Below are positions 59,701 to 64,000 of a DNA stretch of 64,000 bases, piece after piece. The notes under the pieces were generated by a model. The model searched no databases and was not told the origin of the DNA. It saw nothing but the letters and a program-made list of their open reading frames with translations. The DNA is taken from IMG/VR virus record IMGVR_UViG_3300025598_000030, positions 20,181 through 84,180 of that record. One strand, given 5' to 3'. The stretch is from a virus. Both the position numbers and the translations under genes were made by a program. Position 1 is the first letter of the stretch; the number at the start of each line of letters is the position of its first letter.

Positions 59701-62296
59701 AAATACATCAACGGTAGCAGCATACACTGCAATTCAAGCTGCTAAAACAACAATTCAACAACAGACAGTCAATTGGGTAACTGCAAATAATCCAGGGTTT
59801 GTCTATAATACATCAACATGCTATCGTGATGTTGGATATATTATTGATTGTGTTAGCTTTGATTTATTAAATGGGGGTAATCGACAAAGTATTCAAGCAG
59901 GTGCATATTATTATGCATCGAGTTATACTACGACTAATATTCCTAATGAAATTCCTCAGGTAGTAGGGGCCTTTAATCAACTTAAATATCTAATTAATCT
60001 GGTTATTCAAAGTCAACCTCTTCCGACGTCACATCAAAAGAATTATAATCAAGTCATTATTCCTTCATATGCAGGAGTACAGAGTGCTATCTACGGTGAA
60101 GAAACTATAACCTCTGATGCAATAGCATATCTCAATAATATTAGTCAAAATATAATAAGTAACACACCTGTTCCGGTTGTAAGATCTACAGCAACACAAG
60201 TGTTTATTAATACTTTAGAAGGGGGAATACATGCAGCCTCGGCTATTAATAGATGTTATACAATTATATCTGATATAATAAAAAATGGTCCGGATGCTGC
60301 ACCATTGCCATTCACTGGATCGGGATTATTTGCAACTACTGGAGTAAGTTCGGATGACGTAAGAAACAGTCCTACAATTATTTCTATTACTTCTCAGACA
60401 AATAATGTTTATACGATCACATTATCCGGTCCGACTGTAGGCGATGCACAAAATGGAACTTTATATTTCGGCAATACTTTAGTTTTCCCTGCTACAGATG
60501 CACAAGTTGAGGAATTAAGTTTAAAATATACCGGAAATACCAGTACATGGGATAGTCGTAAAGTTGATCAGATCGGCGCGATGGGCGGTACATTGATCGA
60601 CGGTGCTGTAATTAGCGATCGAAGCCCAATTCAATCGTATGTATTCGACGCATTTACTCAAATTAATCAAGGCGGAAGAGGTATACACATCACCAATAAT
60701 GGTTATGCGCAGCTTGTATCGGTGTTTACAATCTTCTGTAGCGTTGGTGTACAAACTGATAACGGAGGAATCGCATCTATTGTTAATAGTAATGCTAACT
60801 TCGGTAATATATGCTTATTATCTAATGGGTTTGGCAAATTAGAATTTAGTGGAACTATATATAATCCTCCGAATCCGACATATCAGGTTAATGGTGAATA
60901 TTATCCATTAGGATATTATCCACAAAATGGACAAGTTGAAATCTATATACCGGATACAGCATTTCGACCCCATATTGCATTAATTATGGAAGTAGAACCT
61001 CCATTAACTACTGTCGATTATCAAGGAAATATAGTTCCTTATATTAATAATCAAGGGTATCCGGGGTTCTTAAATGCTACTCCGAGTCTCGCATCATTAA
61101 CTACCGGTAGTCTTACTATATCCGGTATCGATACTACAGGTATTGCTGTGGGAAATACGGTATATATTCAAGACCAATTCGGTAATACAGGAACTACTGT
61201 TAATGGAGTATTTTCTCCATATATTATACCTGGAACCATTGTAACAGATGTTAGTTATCAAACTATTACATTAAACTATGGATTAGGTAGTGGCGGATCT
61301 GATCCTACAAATACTGTACAATTAGTTAATAGTAACTACTTTAATTTATATTTCTGCGGAAATGCATATTATACTGTATTGTCAAGCGATGTAAGTGACG
61401 CATTTGCAACTAAAATTAATCCAGATGGAAGTACAAGTCAAAAATATGAATTAGGTAGTAATATATTAAGCGCTGCTAATACAGCACAGCAAAACAGCCA
61501 AATAGGATATGAAATTGATATATTATTTGAATTACAAGCTATTTTATGTTCAAATGGTAACATTTTAACAAATGCACATGTTAACGGCGAATCTATTAGT
61601 TTTATATATAATCGACTTAATTTAATTATAGGCATAATTGATGCTGCTAATATAACATTAGCAACAAATTATGCTGTTCCCACAAAAGTAGGAACACCGC
61701 CGGCGGGAGCAAGTGTAGCAATATCGACAATAAATGCCCAAACGGAATACTTAGTATCTTACTTAATTTCATTCATCGAAGGGGATCCTTATTTCTTTAC
61801 TAGCTTTAATGTAGAGAAATGTAAGAGAGATATTCGACTTACATTAAGGCAATTAACATATGATCTCGAAACTGGCGGAAATTATTATAGTTATTATTCA
61901 GGACTAAGTTACTGGTATCGTTCAGGAACTCATCATATTGTGTCCTTAGAAGAAAATGTAACTGATGCATCTCTCTTCCCAGATGGCGCTATTGTAAACT
62001 TTTATCAAAGAAGCTATCAATCTGCTTCTGGATATACGTTTGAGTATGTAGGTGCTGGTGTAACATACAGTGCATTGCCACAGCGTGGAGTTAAAGATCC
62101 TGTTCAAGGACAGGAAGTAGTTCAATTAAATAATGGTAAGGTCTTCTATACTTCAACCGACCAGAATGGTGATTTTAGAATTGGCCCTTCACTTGTTATT
62201 AGCCAGGCCACTGGTGTATTAAGTGGTAGAACGTTTACAAAGAGCTTGTTTGCTAATATGACACCGTTCATTTTAGCAATTGAAGGCGGAGGTTAA
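50756..62296 (+). CDS. Giant virion fibre/structural protein with beta-helix-like domain and 18 C-x-RD repeats (3846 aa)
   Basis: Fibre-like N-terminus; GNDTNDG...VVGDDLRTT...SPYVQNCT and DAFTQINQGGRG...YAQLVSVF segments; 18 C-x-R-D-x-G...D..GG-type units counted by eye. Confidence 0.8.
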   Translation: MAIGRISGPLLSSNLLRDGVNLAFETNLLYLDVNNGRIGIRNSNPAYELDVNGTINANNLKVLYTGPNTGVAQLGNLVIQNGVITTNVGPITIQPSGNESVNIVGDTIVTGNLHATGNITADGNIVLGNNTVTDTVIFESEIGSNIVPTINDAFNLGSPERNWLNAYVDTLVTNQVTSTNTLSIGSTAGLVQINAELRALGSNPIGTAPVITNVLHVTVDGNDTNDGRAADPSRACRTVSGAVRSPYYRPGTLIKVYSGHYLENNPILLQPNTAVVGDDLRTTSLEPINKTQDLFHVQSGCYLAQMQFFNGRSGLLPGPYVNGTNRGAYCTAFPPQVNGAKIDLYQSPYVQNCTNQSGPWLVDGTMFVPNQTVQVPQGVGIATFEANTTTLTVQLTNGSIVPGLNVISGPQDPGFFSARTLILANITFIQEQVVAFVNQQVAAATPGSAFYNFTYNQAKCFRDVGLIVQNISYDVTFGGNEKAVEAGLAYWNGVINLIEGQQIQTTAAIEYIDTLCQSIIVNQTAPVITTGTSQIINTSMIGGGIASQEITNAVNIITTIINEGPSAAPTSFNSCGPEAPLVSAELLLQANRNFLQNEVVAYVNATYPTFVYKQDYCFRDTGLIVDAVTQDIILGGNTKSIECGLSYYTGAKDDSSVAETVIINNFNLIKNIIQNGPSVAPPSISGPNLGGGFSNAQNILLKNLLFVQSEVSAYVRSLFNNNFRLTQIQQNKCYRDIGTILTAIANDAAAGGNVNTLQSALAYYNNGVIILPGNQPAETLNALDYMQYIAVNIIKNNKLTNLYQNYISQTFNPIAGTAIQINNINSNIDRITTIINNGPNTLINGLPITPSPIGLKALGDAYTQTAATLLNANRYFVQSEVVAYIDNYIYSNSSYYQNYSRTKCLRDTGLIVDALVLDLLFGGTSQSDFAGLQYWNQNGYVGLIPSELTTTTAAINFISSLSQQIVQNSTNGTRYTATYYNGASPSTQNISLTAATTNEATLIANDFSVITNILNNGTTGVTDLIIPNGINPATGNILNAVNLLQANKVYIQEQTVAFVENTKTAGFTYSQAKCYRDAGYMVDSVCFDLLYGGNKQAVQSGVYYYSFSTIAGAIATNEVAQTTLAYNYIKTLVSSIVRGKLITNTYQTAVMQVLPGETGSSLEVEQINSNIDLITDIITVGPSIAPPPTPISNQLTYNYNAINAFNLLTSNRDFLAAELTGWVDDTFSVGFNYNAANCYRDTGLIIDSIAFDILQKDNSQAIFAGLQYWNQKGYTGAISKELTTTTAAINYASWLAQKVITNTTVTSLQTATTQIFNFAASGSTTASGIVSSLFSTITNILTNGTVGVTNIITPNGTATSNTLIHNAYNLLQANKTFIENEVVAYVDLGLSNYYYDKTKCSRDTGLIIDAIALDLLYGGTSQSDFAGLQYWNQAGYTGQITVELNQTVDAINFASSLAQQVVQNITNGTRYNPIYYPSGPTAQQTGTAATSVEAEIIANDFSVITNILTNGTAGVTDLIIPNGYTPVSTATTNAYNLLQNNRTFIQEQTVAYVEATKPSWFVYSTATCYRDVGYIVDSISFDLLYGGNKQAVQSGVYYYSFSPTASAIAPTEKNQITAAYNYIQTLTNYIVQGIAVPNPYQTAISQSGVGGSAGTSVQVSALDNSINRITTIINNGPTVTIGGSLITPTPISLTQSSVSAVKNAVSQLESNRDFIRAEVIAYLDNFIYSQAKPGFVYDQTKCARDVGLIVDSLAEDLLFGGSSQSNFSGLQYWAQSGYTGSIATELTTTTAAISYIRDLAIKVITNDTTGIRYQTSTVQTTVSGIVVTNSEKQKIYDEFNLIVDIINNGTAGVTDLIIPNSLTSSTNAFVAGAYTLLEANKAYLQSEAVAFVEATKTYGYVYNSSKCYRDIGYMVDSVSFDLLYNGNRQAVHSGVYYYGFSNITAIPNEQPQVTAAYNFIQNISSYIITGQRVPTQYQSNVAQVLSPNVGTTAQVVAVSNNISLITSIINTGTSAALAPTPISVIPSVVPAVINAANLLSANRAFIQAETVAYINKIYPVGFNYNRDTCRRDVGYIIDSVSFDLLHNGNRQSIQSGVYYYNYDSNNSVITYELAQVTAAYNRIKQVARGVITNNTVTTTIGNTSTQIFISTATHASSSQIAYIENEVDIITDIINNGPSPYYPKKPINLSSSNVQGDIDAYNLLLANRTFIQNELIAYINYWFAKPFNYDRNKCERDTGLIVDAIAQDLLFGGTSQSDFAAIQYWNQNGYTGNITVESAQTIEAITYLKNLAKEIVQNSTGPTTRYSTTATQTIYNGSPGTINDAAAIETDFNYIINILTNGTTGVTDEIVPNSLSANGTTANAVSLLKANRTYLQQQVVAHVNATYSNTTFNNSTPLQSKCKRDTGLIVDALAQDLYFPGTSGNSQIVFSALQYWAQGGNLNIQGSELVATEYAINQLSIAAASVITTTLEKNFVTNEFNLIIGLLNGTINPSTITDSIVPNSITAGTGVVLAAYNALQSNRDTIISTVASELQTTYPYVWGTIDQAICRRDMGFIIDSISYDLLYNADPTYTSPSNRQAIQSGIYYLGFSNTTNIPNELPQTVAAYTYLKKVVSYVISAKSLNGYASGQVTNLPAGTNADISAVVNNINLLLNVVQNGPAAAGGIYTPIGLTPNSVSYNAFLLLHSNRSFIQNEIVNYIKNWSYTTSTCLRDAGYIIDSVTFDLTYGGNRQAIQSGVYYYTNTGTNSVLPSNEIPQTTAAYNYIQTLANYVIQGIQLPNPYQTAVAQVISGSVGTTNEVTAIDSNINRITTIINNGPGVLIGGNPVTPTPIGLTPSSTAAVVNAANLLEANRSFIQAEVTAYIDATYSSVFIYDKIKCERDTKLIVDSVALDLIYGGNSQSAFAGLQYWSQGDYTGSIGREVTTTTNAIEYAQSLVTATIASFPSAITSVNANFNEIITIINSGTNGITDIIIPNGLPSTNTSTVAAYTAIQAAKTTIQQQTVNWVTANNPGFVYNTSTCYRDVGYIIDCVSFDLLNGGNRQSIQAGAYYYASSYTTTNIPNEIPQVVGAFNQLKYLINLVIQSQPLPTSHQKNYNQVIIPSYAGVQSAIYGEETITSDAIAYLNNISQNIISNTPVPVVRSTATQVFINTLEGGIHAASAINRCYTIISDIIKNGPDAAPLPFTGSGLFATTGVSSDDVRNSPTIISITSQTNNVYTITLSGPTVGDAQNGTLYFGNTLVFPATDAQVEELSLKYTGNTSTWDSRKVDQIGAMGGTLIDGAVISDRSPIQSYVFDAFTQINQGGRGIHITNNGYAQLVSVFTIFCSVGVQTDNGGIASIVNSNANFGNICLLSNGFGKLEFSGTIYNPPNPTYQVNGEYYPLGYYPQNGQVEIYIPDTAFRPHIALIMEVEPPLTTVDYQGNIVPYINNQGYPGFLNATPSLASLTTGSLTISGIDTTGIAVGNTVYIQDQFGNTGTTVNGVFSPYIIPGTIVTDVSYQTITLNYGLGSGGSDPTNTVQLVNSNYFNLYFCGNAYYTVLSSDVSDAFATKINPDGSTSQKYELGSNILSAANTAQQNSQIGYEIDILFELQAILCSNGNILTNAHVNGESISFIYNRLNLIIGIIDAANITLATNYAVPTKVGTPPAGASVAISTINAQTEYLVSYLISFIEGDPYFFTSFNVEKCKRDIRLTLRQLTYDLETGGNYYSYYSGLSYWYRSGTHHIVSLEENVTDASLFPDGAIVNFYQRSYQSASGYTFEYVGAGVTYSALPQRGVKDPVQGQEVVQLNNGKVFYTSTDQNGDFRIGPSLVISQATGVLSGRTFTKSLFANMTPFILAIEGGG

Positions 62297-62303
62297 AAGA
62301 TTT

Positions 62304-62702
62304 ATGGCATTATTACCGTTAAATGTATTCAAAACTAAAACAGCAAAATTACAAAGTACCTGGACTACCGGAACTACAGCAACGGTATATACCGCTCCTG
62401 TTGGGGTTACGGCAATTATTCTAATGACGCAGGTGGCAAATATTGATCCGATTAATCCTCATGCTGTCACATTTGCACATTATAGAAATTTACCTATTTT
62501 AAAAAATGCACAAGGATTTGGAGGACAAGATCCTCATGTAGTGACACCATTAGTTGTGGGATACCAAATTCCACCAAATGATGCTGCTAGTATGACTACA
62601 GGAAAAATGATTGTCGAGCAATTAGATAGTGTTTATTGTTATACCGATGCAGATAATGCCTGTGTGATAACTTTAAGTGTATTAGAAACGGCGAATAGCT
62701 AA
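62304..62702 (+). CDS. Small beta-rich structural protein (132 aa)
   Basis: ATG at 62304 (MALLPLNVFKT); VYTAPVGVTAIILMTQVAN motif. Confidence 0.65.
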   Translation: MALLPLNVFKTKTAKLQSTWTTGTTATVYTAPVGVTAIILMTQVANIDPINPHAVTFAHYRNLPILKNAQGFGGQDPHVVTPLVVGYQIPPNDAASMTTGKMIVEQLDSVYCYTDADNACVITLSVLETANS

Positions 62703-62736
62703 TGAATAATTTTAATTATAAAACGGAGAAATTTTA

Positions 62737-64000
62737 ATGCCAGGTCTTATTAGCGGTCGTACACTTGTTAATCCTACAGGTACGTTAAGCCCGACACGTT
62801 ATCAATTTTTAAACTTAGCCAATGCGCAGCCTGCATTGGGTCCTTCTCCTACCACAGGTACTGGGTATACATTAATATCTTATGCCACCGGTACTGTATT
62901 TTCTAGCAGTTTAGGTAATTTAAACTTTAATTATGGAGTTATATCTCCCAATACTCCTAGTTTATCTACTATTACGTTACAAGTAAGTACAATAACTGGA
63001 AATATAAGTTTAGTTACTCAATTAGTTAGTATTACCGGTAATTTAACTTTTACTAATACTGTTTCTAGTTTTATTAATCTAGGTGGTAGAGAAAGTGTAA
63101 GAATTCCCAATTATTACGAAGGAGTCACTCCTCCTACAAATACAACGTTTTGGGCAGGTGATCATTGGTATGAACCAACTAATCAAGTATTATATGAATA
63201 TGTATTAGATGATATCGGCGAAAGATGGGTAGATATTACAGGACCTTTCTTTAGTACTGATGTAGCACAATTTGGGTATGTTGGTAGTATCGGCGGAATT
63301 GGATACTCTGGAAGTCGAGGAGATAAAGGTGATGCAGGAGGATATACCGGAAGTCAAGGCTTATTAGGGTATTATGGTAGCCAAGGAATATCCGGATATC
63401 TCGGGTCAATCGGGTATATAGGAAGTGCCGGTGTCGGGTATATCGGATCAAAAGGATATACTGGAAGTAGCGGATTAGGATATACCGGTTCACTCGGATA
63501 CGTCGGCAGTGCCGGCTCGGGATATACCGGTTCACTCGGATTACAAGGGTACACCGGTTCACTCGGATACGTCGGCAGTGCCGGTTCGGGATATACCGGG
63601 TCAGTGGGCCTTTTAGGTTATGTCGGTAGCAGTGGGTTAGGGTATTCTGGATCTTTTGGGTCGTTGGGATATTTTGGATCGAAAGGGTATACCGGATCAT
63701 TCGGATTACAAGGATATACTGGTTCACTTGGGTATATCGGTAGTGCTGGTTCGGGATATACAGGATCTTTTGGATATACTGGTAGTAGCGGATTAGGGTA
63801 TAACGGATCAGTTGGTTACACTGGTTCACAAGGACTAGGTAGTCCTGGTTATTTCGGTAGTCAGGGTAATATCGGATATACTGGTTCACTTGGGTATATC
63901 GGTAGTGCTGGTTCGGGATATACAGGATCTTTTGGATATACTGGTAGTAGCGGATTAGGGTATAACGGATCAGTTGGTTACACTGGTTCACAAGGACTAG
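62737..64000 (+). CDS. Collagen-like fibre protein (partial, runs off the right edge)
   Basis: Not in the ORF track. GGAG Shine-Dalgarno and ATG at 62737 (MPGLISGRTLVNP...), GDHWYEP motif, then G-Y-T-G-S-x repeats from about 63274 to the end. Confidence 0.85.
   Translation, partial: MPGLISGRTLVNPTGTLSPTRYQFLNLANAQPALGPSPTTGTGYTLISYATGTVFSSSLGNLNFNYGVISPNTPSLSTITLQVSTITGNISLVTQLVSITGNLTFTNTVSSFINLGGRESVRIPNYYEGVTPPTNTTFWAGDHWYEPTNQVLYEYVLDDIGERWVDITGPFFSTDVAQFGYVGSIGGIGYSGSRGDKGDAGGYTGSQGLLGYYGSQGISGYLGSIGYIGSAGVGYIGSKGYTGSSGLGYTGSLGYVGSAGSGYTGSLGLQGYTGSLGYVGSAGSGYTGSVGLLGYVGSSGLGYSGSFGSLGYFGSKGYTGSFGLQGYTGSLGYIGSAGSGYTGSFGYTGSSGLGYNGSVGYTGSQGLGSPGYFGSQGNIGYTGSLGYIGSAGSGYTGSFGYTGSSGLGYNGSVGYTGSQGL
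63712..64000 (+). repeat. Exact 127-bp direct repeat (period 162 bp) within the collagen-like gene
   Basis: 63712-63838 equals 63874-64000. A further ~72-bp-period duplication lies at about 63480-63600. Confidence 0.9.

Noticed and set aside
38669-61635. Short minus-strand and alternate-frame ORFs inside the tape-measure, head and giant genes
   Set aside because: Fully overlapped by well-supported CDSs, with no motifs of their own.
63251-63991. 246-aa minus-strand ORF and nested 60-aa ORF
   Set aside because: Antisense shadows of the plus-strand collagen-like repeat gene, which has a Shine-Dalgarno and a coherent N-terminus.
1-64000. Stop-codon reassignment, inteins and tRNA genes
   Set aside because: Core genes are full length in the standard code. 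I saw no intein-sized insertions in gp46, portal or capsid, and no cloverleaf in the few intergenic gaps.

Overview
This window is an AT-rich segment of a large T4-superfamily myovirus genome, probably a jumbo phage. Its gene order is not T4's and resembles RaK2/GAP32/Atu_ph07-type giant phages (inference). From left to right it holds: a minus-strand baseplate and tail-fibre block (four paralogous fibre genes, a 4432-aa wedge-region protein, and gp6-, gp25-, gp5-, gp27-, gp53- and gp48/54-like genes); a plus-strand block (gp55-like late sigma factor, gp47/gp46, Hc1-like small proteins, a glycosyltransferase and a stand-alone GIY-YIG nuclease); about 430 nt of densely structured non-coding sequence; a gp26/gp51-like pair; a tape-measure-like gene; the head module (portal, core, protease, scaffold, major capsid); and further virion genes, including a 3846-aa repeat protein and a collagen-like fibre. 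The most notable signals are an unrecognised large structured RNA directly behind the minimal GIY-YIG gene, a candidate -1 frameshift joining the gp26- and gp51-like ORFs, two structured switch-like late leaders, apparently leaderless late genes, and a nested repeat array in the 3846-aa protein. All product calls come from motif recognition and synteny by eye; no searches were run.
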